This document shows, in pieces, positions 37,110 through 46,580 of a stretch of DNA of 64,000 nt. The first letter of the stretch is position 1. Each line of letters starts with the position of its first letter. Source of the stretch: Patescibacteria group bacterium. GTDB taxonomy: Bacteria; Patescibacteriota; Minisyncoccia; Phycocordibacterales; Phycocordibacteraceae. Under the pieces are notes generated by a model. The model was not told where the DNA came from. It saw only the letters and a list, made by a program, of their open reading frames with translations, and made no database searches. Both the position numbers and the translations under genes were made by a program. The stretch covers positions 8,769-72,768 of the forward strand of contig JBBTSV010000009.1 of the NCBI GenBank assembly GCA_038064595.1, written 5' to 3'.

Positions 37110-40100
37110 CTAGAGCGCGCGGGTGGTGCGGGTGGTGCTGGTGTAATCCGTCTGAGCAGGTGCTGGACGTGACGCCTGGAGATTTTTGATGTGAGCAAAC
37201 TTCTTCGATCCCATGAAGCCCGTACCTGCAGGTATGAGACGGCCGAGAATCACGTTCTCCTTGAGGCCGCGGAGACGATCTACCGAGCCGCGCAGCGCAG
37301 CATTGATGAGGATTTTGGTGGTCTGTTCGAAGGAAGCGGCCGAGAGGAATGACCGGCGCGAGAGGGCACTCTCCTTAATGCCCAACACGATATCGTGTGC
37401 CGTGGGCGGCATCTTGTTGGCATCATTCATCTCCTTAACTGCCTTCGCAAACTCCCAGTCTTCGACGACATCGCCGATCGAGTAGTCCGTGTCGCCGGCG
37501 TCCGTGATCTTTACGCGAGAGAACATCTGCTTCACCACCACCTCGAGGTGCTTACGGGAGACGGAGGCACCCTGAAGCTCATAGATCTTGGACGCTTCAG
37601 CGATGATGTATTCCTGAACCATCGCGCGGCCCGCATAGTCGAAGAGCTCGTCAAGATCAGCAGAACCGTCGGTGAGAATCTGACCCTTCTTGACTTCATC
37701 GCCCTCCTTCACCAAGGGAACGCGTGGATATGGCGCGAGATACTCGTACGCGGAACCATCCTTCTTACCCTGACCCGCTGTCGGTGCAACCACGATAACC
37801 TTCTCGCGACCCTCTTCCTTAATTTCAGAGACGATGCCGTCTGACTTAGAGACCACGGCCGGGTTCTTCGGCGCGCGCTTCTCAAACACTTCCTCCACGC
37901 GCGGGAGACCGCTCGTGATGTCACCGCCGACTGATGCCACGCCGCCGGCGTGGAAGGTGCGCATCGTGAGCTGCGTACCCGGCTCACCGATCGCTTGAGC
38001 AGCGACTGTCCCCACTGCCTCACCGAGATCAACGGGTTCTTGGGTGGTGAGATCCATACCATAGCAGGTCTGGCAGATGCCATAGCGCGTCTCACACGAC
38101 ATAGGCGAGCGTGCGACTACCGACGAAACCGATGAAGCGGCAAGCTTTTCTGCGTCTGCAATCGAGAGATAGTGTCCGGCGGTAAAGAGCGCTCCGCTCT
38201 CGTCCTTGACTTCTTCAGCAAGCACGCGCCCCCGGAGCGCTTCAGCGTAGTTAATCTGGATACCCGAAGCACTGACCCGATTAATCTTCACGCCTCGTTT
38301 CGTTCCACAATCGATCTCGGTCACAATCGAGTCTTGCGCGACGTCAAAGAGGCGGCGCGTGAGGTAGCCCGCCTTTGCCGTGCCGAGTGCGGTGTCAGTG
38401 AGACCTTTGCGCGCTCCGTGCGTTGACATGAAGTACTCGATGGGGTTGAGTCCTTCGATCATTGAGGAGATAATTGGCACTTCGATCGTTTCGCCCGCTG
38501 TGTTCTGGATGAGACCCTTCATACCGGCCATCTGGGTGAGGTTACCCAAGGTACCGCGCGCACCCGACTTCACCATGTCGGCCACCGAACCCATCGGATC
38601 AAGCTCCGCCGCCACTTTTTCCTCAACGAGCTGCTTCGCACCCTGCCACGTCTCGATCGCCATGCGACGCTTCTCCTCTTCAGAGAGGAGGCCGTTTTGA
38701 TAATCCTCCTGAATTTTCACCACCTTAGCCGCAGCTTCGGTAATAATGTCTGACTTTGCTTCAGGCACTGATACGTCATCTATTGACCACGAGATACCTG
38801 AGCGGGTTGCGTAGTCGAAGCCGAAGCGCTTCACCTTGTTGACGATATCGGGCACCGCATCGAGTCCATACCGAGCAATACAATCCGTGACAATACGAGC
38901 GAGCACCTTCTTGGTGATGGTCTCGTTCACAAACGGGTAATCCGCGGGGAGCACGGTGTTGAAGAGGAGCCGTCCGACCGTTGTTTCAAACGGACGTCCG
39001 TCAAACATCTTGTACTTCTCCTTCCCTGTAACTGGCAACACCTTGATCTTGGCGCGCAGGTCGATCGCGTTATATTCTGACGCGAGGATCGCGGAATTCG
39101 GTGACGAGAAATGCTTCCCTTCTCCCGTGAGACCATCGACCGCCTTCGTAAGCCAGTAGACGCCGAGAATGATGTCGAGTGGCTTCCCCGTGAGCACAAT
39201 CATGTCGCCGGAACCTGGCTTGAGGATATTTTTGTTGGCGCTCATGATGTGAGCTGCTTCCCACTGTGCCTCGTCAGAGAGCGGTACGTGCACGGCCATT
39301 TGGTCGCCGTCGAAGTCGGCATTAAACGCGTTACAGACGAGTGGGTGAAGCTGGATTGCGTCTCCTTCAATGAGGCGGGGGCGAAATGCTTGTATGCCTT
39401 GACGGTGGAGCGTCGGGGCGCGGTTGAGGAGGACATACTTGCCAGCAATAGCCTCTTCAAGCAACTCCCATACCTCTGCAACACCGTCTTCAATAAGACG
39501 ACCTGCGCCGCGTATGTTGAATGCAAGCTCGCGCGAAAGCAGGCCGGCGATGACAAACGGGCGGAAGAGCTCGAGCGCCATGTGCTTGGGGAGTCCGCAC
39601 TCATCAAGCTCGAGGTCGGGACCAACAACAATCACTGAGCGACCAGAGTAGTCAACGCGCTTACCGAGGAGATTCTGACGGAAGTAACCCTGCTTCCCTT
39701 TCAGGTAGTCAGCGAGGGACTTCAGCGGGCGACGCTGCGCCATGGTCATTGCGCCAGCAGCGGCACCACTCTTCCTGATCGAGTTGTCGAGCAAAGCGTC
39801 GACCGCCTCCTGGAGAATGCGCTTTTCATTTCGGAGGATCACCTCCGGCGCATGGATGTCAATCAGCTTCTTGAGACGATTGTTGCGGTTGATCACGCGA
39901 CGATAGAGGTCGTTCACGTCACTTGTTGCATGGCGACCGCCCTCAAGCGCGACCATCGGCCGCAGTGCCGGTGGGATCACCGGGATGCGTGTGAGGAAGA
40001 GCCACTCGGGACGGACGCCTGAAGCGATGAGCCCCGCAATAAGCGAGAGGCGCTTCGCGAGTTTCTCGCGCTCGGCCGCGCCTGCGTGCTCATAACGCGC

Positions 40101-40820
40101 CGCAAGCGTTTTCTCGAGTTCTTTCAGATCAAGTTTGCAGAAAATATCATAAATGGCCTCCGCGCCGATGCGTGCCTCAAAGAGACCGCCGTATTTGACC
40201 GAGAAGCGGTGGTACTCAAGCTCGTCGAGCACTCTGCCGATTACCATACCGTCAATCTCTGTCTTGGTGATGGTCATTTTCTCCTTGAGTGCATCACGCT
40301 CTTTGTCGCTCTCGAGCGACTTGTACTTTGACTTATATTCACTCTCGAGCTCAGAGAGAAGGCGCTTTTTCTCCTCTTCTGCAATCCTCGTCACGATGTA
40401 GCCGGCAAAGTAGACGACTTTTTCAATATCGGTGGCCGACGCTCCAAGCAGAAGTGCCATGCGACTCGGGACTGAACGAAGAAACCAAATGTGAGCGACG
40501 GGCGTACAGAGCTCGATGTGGCCCATGCGCTCGCGACGAACGATCGAGCGAGTGATCTCGACCCCACACTTGTCACAGACAATGCCTTTGTAGCGGATGC
40601 CTTTGTACTTACCGCAGTAACACTCATAGTCCTTTTCGGGACCAAAGATTTTCTCGTCAAAGAGTCCGTGCTTCTCCGAGCGCTGGGTGCGGTAGTTGAT
40701 GGTCTCCGGCTTGGTGACCTCTCCTGACGACCAAGCGAGAATACGCTCGGGAGATGCGAGAGCGAGGCGCAGTCCATTCCACGTATCACGCGGAGGAAGT
40801 TTGCGGGGGGTGAATGCCAT
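37110..40820 (-). CDS. rpoC: RNA polymerase beta' subunit
   Basis: PETINYRT, NADFDGDQM, IGEPGTQLTMRTFH. Confidence 0.99.
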   Translation of the reverse strand: MAFTPRKLPPRDTWNGLRLALASPERILAWSSGEVTKPETINYRTQRSEKHGLFDEKIFGPEKDYECYCGKYKGIRYKGIVCDKCGVEITRSIVRRERMGHIELCTPVAHIWFLRSVPSRMALLLGASATDIEKVVYFAGYIVTRIAEEEKKRLLSELESEYKSKYKSLESDKERDALKEKMTITKTEIDGMVIGRVLDELEYHRFSVKYGGLFEARIGAEAIYDIFCKLDLKELEKTLAARYEHAGAAEREKLAKRLSLIAGLIASGVRPEWLFLTRIPVIPPALRPMVALEGGRHATSDVNDLYRRVINRNNRLKKLIDIHAPEVILRNEKRILQEAVDALLDNSIRKSGAAAGAMTMAQRRPLKSLADYLKGKQGYFRQNLLGKRVDYSGRSVIVVGPDLELDECGLPKHMALELFRPFVIAGLLSRELAFNIRGAGRLIEDGVAEVWELLEEAIAGKYVLLNRAPTLHRQGIQAFRPRLIEGDAIQLHPLVCNAFNADFDGDQMAVHVPLSDEAQWEAAHIMSANKNILKPGSGDMIVLTGKPLDIILGVYWLTKAVDGLTGEGKHFSSPNSAILASEYNAIDLRAKIKVLPVTGKEKYKMFDGRPFETTVGRLLFNTVLPADYPFVNETITKKVLARIVTDCIARYGLDAVPDIVNKVKRFGFDYATRSGISWSIDDVSVPEAKSDIITEAAAKVVKIQEDYQNGLLSEEEKRRMAIETWQGAKQLVEEKVAAELDPMGSVADMVKSGARGTLGNLTQMAGMKGLIQNTAGETIEVPIISSMIEGLNPIEYFMSTHGARKGLTDTALGTAKAGYLTRRLFDVAQDSIVTEIDCGTKRGVKINRVSASGIQINYAEALRGRVLAEEVKDESGALFTAGHYLSIADAEKLAASSVSSVVARSPMSCETRYGICQTCYGMDLTTQEPVDLGEAVGTVAAQAIGEPGTQLTMRTFHAGGVASVGGDITSGLPRVEEVFEKRAPKNPAVVSKSDGIVSEIKEEGREKVIVVAPTAGQGKKDGSAYEYLAPYPRVPLVKEGDEVKKGQILTDGSADLDELFDYAGRAMVQEYIIAEASKIYELQGASVSRKHLEVVVKQMFSRVKITDAGDTDYSIGDVVEDWEFAKAVKEMNDANKMPPTAHDIVLGIKESALSRRSFLSAASFEQTTKILINAALRGSVDRLRGLKENVILGRLIPAGTGFMGSKKFAHIKNLQASRPAPAQTDYTSTTRTTRAL

Positions 40821-40846
40821 GGTGGTGAAATTAGAAATGGATAGGA

Positions 40847-43800
40847 CTACTCAGCATCTGGCTCGGGTGGCAGGTTGAGTGGCTCAACATCAAGCGCGAG
40901 GCCGCGGATCTGATTGGTAAGAACCGCAAAGGACGCCGGCGTGCCTGAGTGACTAATCGGCTCGCCCTTCACAATAGCGTCAAAGGCTGCCGAACGGCCC
41001 TGAATATCGTCAGACTTGATGGTGAGCATTTCGCGGAGTGTGTACGCTGCGCCATACCCAAGCAGCGCCCACACTTCCATTTCACCAAAACGTTGCCCAC
41101 CGTTCTGTGCTTTACCGCCCAAGGGCTGTTGGGTGATAAGACTGTAGGGACCAATCGAGCGCATGTGGATCTTGTCTTCAACCATGTGATGGAGCTTCAA
41201 GATGTACATGTACCCAACCGCGATATGTTGTGCAAAGGCCGCACCCGTCCGTCCGTCAAAGAGCTGCATCTTACCGCCGCGATCAAAGCCCGCAGCTTCA
41301 AGCTCGTTACGGATCTCGTCAGGTGTCGCCCCAGCAAACGGCGGAACTACCGCTTGGTACCCTAGGGTGTGAGCAGCAAGCCCGAGGTGCATCTCGAGGA
41401 TTTGGCCGAGATTCATACGGCTCGGGACGCCAAGCGGGGTGAGAATGAGGTCGATTGGGTTCCCGTCTTTATCAAACGGCATATCGGCGATCGGGAGCAC
41501 TCGTGAGATCACTCCCTTGTTTCCGTGGCGACCTGCGAGCTTGTCACCCACTGAGACGTTGCGCACCTGCGCCACCGTCACCACAATCTTCTTGATGACA
41601 CCGCTCTCAAGCTGGTCTCCCTTCTCGCGTGAGAAGACCCGCACACCGATAGTACGTCCCCGCTTGCCTCCCTCCATGCGAAGACTGGTGTCCTTTACGT
41701 CCTTCGCCTTATCACCAAAGATGCTGCGCAGGAGGCGCTCCTCGGGCGTGAGCTGGGTCTCGCCCTTCGGCGTCACCTTACCGACGAGGATGTCACCTGG
41801 ACGTACCTCTGCACCAATGCGGATCACGCCCTCTTCATCAAGATTTTTGAGACGGAGCTCACCGACATTTGGAATATCGTGCGTCGTGGTCTCCGGACCG
41901 AGCTTGGTGTCGCGTACGACACACTCGAAATCTTCAATGTGCACGGTAGTAAACTTGGCTTCCTCCACGAGACGCTCTGAGATAATGATGGCATCCTCAT
42001 AGTTGGCACCACTCCAGCTCATGAAGGCAACGCGCACATTCTGACCGAGCGCGAGCTGACCATGATCGGTCGAGGAGTTATCGGCGAGCACATCACCTTT
42101 CTTGATCGTATCTCCAAGCACCACAGACGGGCGTTGCATGAAGGTTGAGTTCTGGTTGGTCTGGGTCAAGCCCTGGAGGCGATATTCTTTCTTTTTCCCC
42201 TCTTTGTTCTCGACGACAACCTTGCGCGCATCGACGTAGGAGACGGTACCGGACTCTGTGGCGACCACCAAGCGACCGGTACTCATTGCAGCGTGCTCCT
42301 CAATACCCGTCGCCACGAGCGGCGCTTCAGGAATGAGCACAGGAGTTGCCTGCTTTTGCATGTTAGAGCCCATCAGAGCACGGTTTGCGTCGTCGTGATC
42401 AACAAATGGGATCATGCAGGTTGCGATACTAAACATTTGATAGGTTGACGCGTCCATAAGCGTGATCTGTTCACGCGACACAATAATAGGGTCACCCTTG
42501 AAGCGCGCCTCGACCCGATCAGTGATGATCCGGTGTTGCTCGTCGAGCTGGGTCGCGCCGTGCGCAATGAGTTCAAGCTCTTCGTCGAGCGCGTTGAGAT
42601 ACACAATCTCTTCTGTCACTTTCCCGTTCTTCACCTTGGCGTATGGAGTCTCAATAACGCCAAAGTCATTGGTACGCGCGTGGGTCGCCAGGCGCAAAAT
42701 GAGACCAATGTTTTGTCCTTCTGGGGTGTGGATGGGACACAGGCGACCGTAGTGAGAAGGGTGCACGTCACGCACCTCAAAGCCTGCACGCTCGCGCGTG
42801 AGACCGCCCGGCCCGAGCGCGGAGAGGGTGCGCATATTCTCGAGCTCCGCGAGAATATTCTGCTGATCCATAAACTGCGAGAGTTGGTTAGCCGTGAAGA
42901 ACTCATGCACCGACGCGTGGAACGGGCGCGGATTCACAAGTGCCATCGGGAGTGTGGTCTCGCTCTCGATTGTCGACATGCGGTCTTGGATGTTGCGCTT
43001 CATGCGGCTCATGCCGACCCGCATGCGCGCCTGTAAGAGCTCGCCGACAAAGCGTACGCGACGGAACCCAAGGTGATCGATGTCATCTGGGCGCGCATGC
43101 GGGTCGGCATTGAGCTTCGTAATCTCTGAAATGATGCGGACGAAGTCAGCGAGCGTGAGGACACGCTTCTCGAGTGCTTTCTCGGTGGTGGGGAGACCAA
43201 AGCGAGAGTTAAGACGGTGACGCCCCACCTTACCGAGGTCGTAACGTTCAGCCGAGAAGAGCGACTGAACGAAGTTCTTTGCGTTTTCAGGGGTCGCGAG
43301 ATCGCCATCGCGCATACGGCGATGGATCTCGATATACGCTTCCTCAACCGACTTCGCCTCCTCATGCTCAAGAGTCGCCTTAATAGCGGCAAGTGCGAGC
43401 GGGTCGTTGGCAAAGTGCTTAGTGACCGCCTCGCCCACGCCACCACCAAAGACCGTGAGGAGTTCAGTGATTGGAAACTTGCGCTTACGATCGATCTTCA
43501 CAAAGATCGCGCCATCTGCTTCAGAGTCAAACTCGATCCATACCCCGCGAAGCGGGATGATCTTAGCGCCAAAGAAGGGCTTCCCGCGCAAGAGTTCAGA
43601 AACAAAAAATACCCCAAAGCTTCGTGCAAGCTGTGGGACAATCGCACGCTCCACCCCCGAAACGATGAATGAGCCGTGTGGCGTCATCATCGGCATGTCA
43701 GCAAGGAAGATCTCCTGTGACTTCTCCGAGCCGAGCGTCTTATTAATGAGCTTCACGGTCGCTTTGACTGGAGCCTCATAGGTGCGCATATTCTGACGCG

Positions 43801-44026
43801 CGAAATCCTCATCATACTTTGGCTCACCCACTTCAAACTTCTCAAACTGGAGTTCAAACTTTTTACCCGAGTAGTCGGTAATAGGCGAGAACTCACGGAA
43901 CAATTCCGCGAGACCGTCCTTAAGCAACCAGTCGAAGGAGCCACGCTGGTGGCCGACGAGGTCAGGGAACGACACCTTGGGAGCCCGGTACGCACCAAAG
44001 GTCTTCTGCACGAGGTTCTTGCGCAT
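40847..44026 (-). CDS. rpoB: RNA polymerase beta subunit
   Basis: LSQFMDQ, RDVHPSHYGR, GDKLAGRHGNKG, GGQRFGEMEVWAL. Confidence 0.99.
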   Translation of the reverse strand: MRKNLVQKTFGAYRAPKVSFPDLVGHQRGSFDWLLKDGLAELFREFSPITDYSGKKFELQFEKFEVGEPKYDEDFARQNMRTYEAPVKATVKLINKTLGSEKSQEIFLADMPMMTPHGSFIVSGVERAIVPQLARSFGVFFVSELLRGKPFFGAKIIPLRGVWIEFDSEADGAIFVKIDRKRKFPITELLTVFGGGVGEAVTKHFANDPLALAAIKATLEHEEAKSVEEAYIEIHRRMRDGDLATPENAKNFVQSLFSAERYDLGKVGRHRLNSRFGLPTTEKALEKRVLTLADFVRIISEITKLNADPHARPDDIDHLGFRRVRFVGELLQARMRVGMSRMKRNIQDRMSTIESETTLPMALVNPRPFHASVHEFFTANQLSQFMDQQNILAELENMRTLSALGPGGLTRERAGFEVRDVHPSHYGRLCPIHTPEGQNIGLILRLATHARTNDFGVIETPYAKVKNGKVTEEIVYLNALDEELELIAHGATQLDEQHRIITDRVEARFKGDPIIVSREQITLMDASTYQMFSIATCMIPFVDHDDANRALMGSNMQKQATPVLIPEAPLVATGIEEHAAMSTGRLVVATESGTVSYVDARKVVVENKEGKKKEYRLQGLTQTNQNSTFMQRPSVVLGDTIKKGDVLADNSSTDHGQLALGQNVRVAFMSWSGANYEDAIIISERLVEEAKFTTVHIEDFECVVRDTKLGPETTTHDIPNVGELRLKNLDEEGVIRIGAEVRPGDILVGKVTPKGETQLTPEERLLRSIFGDKAKDVKDTSLRMEGGKRGRTIGVRVFSREKGDQLESGVIKKIVVTVAQVRNVSVGDKLAGRHGNKGVISRVLPIADMPFDKDGNPIDLILTPLGVPSRMNLGQILEMHLGLAAHTLGYQAVVPPFAGATPDEIRNELEAAGFDRGGKMQLFDGRTGAAFAQHIAVGYMYILKLHHMVEDKIHMRSIGPYSLITQQPLGGKAQNGGQRFGEMEVWALLGYGAAYTLREMLTIKSDDIQGRSAAFDAIVKGEPISHSGTPASFAVLTNQIRGLALDVEPLNLPPEPDAE

Positions 44027-44222
44027 GTGAGTTTTGCGTGAAGTAATAATTTCTCTATATATAAATGCGAACGCACGAAGGACTTCCCTCGCTTGTGCGT
44101 TTCTTCAGTTCCCGCTATAAATCTTGCTCACCCCCTCACATCGTAACTCAGTCGTATCTTGTATCAGCAGAGTACCACCCCTACTCCACCCATGCAACCC
44201 CCTATGGGGATAAGCAAAACCC

Positions 44223-44528
44223 CTACTTCTCGCCTGTCTTTGCGTCGTCCGACCCGGATTGAAAATCTTCAACCGAGAACGGGCTCTTCATGCCTGGCGT
44301 CCAGTCCTCGACTTTGATTTCCCCATCAGTCTTTTCATACTCACCTACGTTATAGGCAATGAGTTGGGAGAATCGCTTCATATGTTCGGGAGTAAATGCA
44401 AAGACTTGCGCATTCGCCCCAGACAGTATTGCTAGTAGGATTGTCTTACCAGCATTGCCACGCATCACTGCCACATTGGTGTCGTCTGCAAACTGCTTCG
44501 GCGCACTTCTCCAAAATTGTTCATTCAT
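44223..44528 (-). CDS. Hypothetical protein (101 aa)
   Basis: MNEQFWRSAPKQFAD...FTPEHMKRF..YEKTDGEI. Confidence 0.7.
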   Translation of the reverse strand: MNEQFWRSAPKQFADDTNVAVMRGNAGKTILLAILSGANAQVFAFTPEHMKRFSQLIAYNVGEYEKTDGEIKVEDWTPGMKSPFSVEDFQSGSDDAKTGEK

Positions 44529-44620
44529 ATATATCAATTGGCTGATAACTCGATCTGCCGAAATCACATACGTCCTCGTACGATTTGACCTTACTACTAT
44601 CACCTTTTACTGCACCCCGC

Positions 44621-44735
44621 GTCAACCTCTGCGCAATGGTTCACACCCCCTTGGCTCGCAAAACGCGGTGCGCTGCTGCTGGTATGATATATCATACCTT
44701 TTCCCTGATCGACTTAGGGACTTACGATGTCCCTA
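44621..44735. repeat. ~115-bp dispersed intergenic repeat, copy 2
   Basis: Matches 1860-1975; palindrome at 44681-44698; family B tagggac-ttacgat-gtcccta at 44715-44735. Confidence 0.88.
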
Positions 44736-44781
44736 TAAAAGCGCACCGCCCCGGGTGGGGCGGCGTGGCGCACAAGGTCGA

Positions 44782-44952
44782 TCACCGTTTAGTCTTCTTA
44801 TTGTTCGGCGTGACCGACTTCTTGGCACGGCTCTTTGCCGCTGCGAAATCACCAACGTAGACGCTGACGAGGCGACGCACGCCCGAATCAGGATGATTCA
44901 TCTTGTCGAACATCCTCGCCTCGTGTGCGAGTGAAGGAACTCCTTTTGCCAT
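44782..44952 (-). CDS. Small basic hypothetical protein (56 aa)
   Basis: MAKGVPSLAHEARMFDKMNHPDSG...NNKKTKR*; hairpin downstream near 44741-44771; below the track cutoff. Confidence 0.45.
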   Translation of the reverse strand: MAKGVPSLAHEARMFDKMNHPDSGVRRLVSVYVGDFAAAKSRAKKSVTPNNKKTKR

Positions 44953-45025
44953 GGCGAACTCCTTTGGTTGACACGTCTGGGCCTGCGAACAGGCTTGGGG
45001 ATTAGTTTACCACTCAAAACGCGAA

Positions 45026-45694
45026 TTATTTCTTCTCGCGCCACTTTTCAATCTCGGCGTGGTGGCCGGTTTGGAGGACTTTTGGCACGCGATAATTCTT
45101 CTTTTTGTATGAAATAGTTTCTGGCCGGGTGTAGACGGCACTTGACGCGACGCGACGCTCCTCGACGGAGGCGTCCTTACCGAGAACGCCCGGGAGCCGG
45201 CGCGTCACCGCGTCGACTACCGCGAGCGCCGGTAATTCCCCACCCGTGTAGACCGCCTCGCCCACGGCATACTCCTTCACTGGCGCGAGGGTCTTGAGGA
45301 TTTTCTTGGCGCGCTCATCGATCCCCTCGTAGCGGCCGCATACGAGGATCACGTCGCTATACTTTTTTATAAGCGCGTCAGCGTCTTTATTGGTGAACTG
45401 CTTCGCGCTCGGGCTGAACCACACAATCACCGATTTCTTCAACTTGGGGGTCCGACCCCCAAGTGATTTCTGAACGGCTTTGACTACGGGAAGCGCCATC
45501 ATCACCATCCCGGGGCCCCCGCCGTAGGGCTTTTCATCTACTTTCTTGTAGCTCCCTGCAGGGCCCGCGACGAAGTCGCGGGGGTTCTGATACTTCACCA
45601 CTATCTTCTTCTCCTTACGCGCACGTCCGATAATCGACGCGCCCAAATATGCGTCGCACGCTTCTTCAAAAAGAGTGACGAGATGGAATCTCAC
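45026..45694 (-). CDS. trmD: tRNA (guanine-N1)-methyltransferase
   Basis: VDEKPYGGGPGMV, CGRYEGIDER, TGGELPA, YTRP. Confidence 0.96.
   Translation of the reverse strand: MRFHLVTLFEEACDAYLGASIIGRARKEKKIVVKYQNPRDFVAGPAGSYKKVDEKPYGGGPGMVMMALPVVKAVQKSLGGRTPKLKKSVIVWFSPSAKQFTNKDADALIKKYSDVILVCGRYEGIDERAKKILKTLAPVKEYAVGEAVYTGGELPALAVVDAVTRRLPGVLGKDASVEERRVASSAVYTRPETISYKKKNYRVPKVLQTGHHAEIEKWREKK
45442..45464. repeat. Family A palindrome inside trmD (frame preserved)
   Basis: Encodes LGGRTPKL on the minus strand. Confidence 0.9.
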
Positions 45695-46011
45695 AGCGAG
45701 AGTTCGTCGACCACTTGGTCGACGGTCTTATGCTCGGAAGTAGTCGGGATCTCGCGCTTGCCGCCCACCGGCTCGTTGATCTTGAGGCTGACGCGCGCAT
45801 TGTGCTTCATGCCAAAAACGCGCAGAAGCGGGCGCAGTGCCAGCGTGGCGAGCTTGCCGTCTTTTCCAATAATCCGACCCATGTCGTCGGGGTGGACCGT
45901 AAGGGTGAGGAGGACGCCCAGGTTGTCGGCCGTGCGCTCGATCACTACCGCCTCAGGGTGGTCAACGAGTGCCTTGATGACATAGTCGAGAAATGCATGT
46001 TCCGGTTCCAT
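45691..46011 (-). CDS. khpA: KH-domain RNA-binding protein
   Basis: ALVDHPEAV, DDMGRIIGKDG; located between rpsP and trmD. Confidence 0.9.
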   Translation of the reverse strand: MEPEHAFLDYVIKALVDHPEAVVIERTADNLGVLLTLTVHPDDMGRIIGKDGKLATLALRPLLRVFGMKHNARVSLKINEPVGGKREIPTTSEHKTVDQVVDELSL

Positions 46012-46044
46012 ATTGAGAATAGTAGCACCGCCTGTAGCGGTGTT

Positions 46045-46533
46045 TTATGCAGCAGGAGTTTCCTCTGCAACCGGCGTGACCTCTGGTGCAGGTTCTGCCT
46101 CTGCGACGACTTCAGCCTCAGTCGGCATTTCTACCGGAGCTTCAGCGGCAGGAGCTTCCTCAACTGCCGGTGCTTCTGCGGCGACCTTCTCTGCAGCAGT
46201 AGCGTCAGCAACGGCCTTGGCCGCCGCTGCCTCCTCGGCGATCTTTGCCTCATTCTTCTGCGGACTCTTCTTGGGAAGGACATTCACCTTCTTGCCCGCA
46301 ATCACCCCCTTGTTCACTAGGAGATTGTGGATCGAGTCGGTCGGCTGGGCCCCTTTGCTGATCCAGTGCTTGACCTGCTCCTCGTCGAGGGTGAGCGCCT
46401 TGCTGCGCGGATTGTAGGTACCGAGGAGCTCGACGATATTGCCCGCCTTGGCAGCGCGCTCTTTCTCGAGGACGACAATGCGAAACGCCGGATCATTGGT
46501 CCGGCCGATGCGCTGGAATCGAATCATCAACAT
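46045..46533 (-). CDS. rpsP: 30S ribosomal protein S16 with Ala/Glu/Pro-rich tail
   Basis: IRFQRIG..FRIVV..LGTYNP..GAQPTD. Confidence 0.96.
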   Translation of the reverse strand: MLMIRFQRIGRTNDPAFRIVVLEKERAAKAGNIVELLGTYNPRSKALTLDEEQVKHWISKGAQPTDSIHNLLVNKGVIAGKKVNVLPKKSPQKNEAKIAEEAAAAKAVADATAAEKVAAEAPAVEEAPAAEAPVEMPTEAEVVAEAEPAPEVTPVAEETPAA

Positions 46534-46580
46534 GAGAGCGACTATAGCAGAAGGCGCATAATATTGCTAGAGTACGGGAA

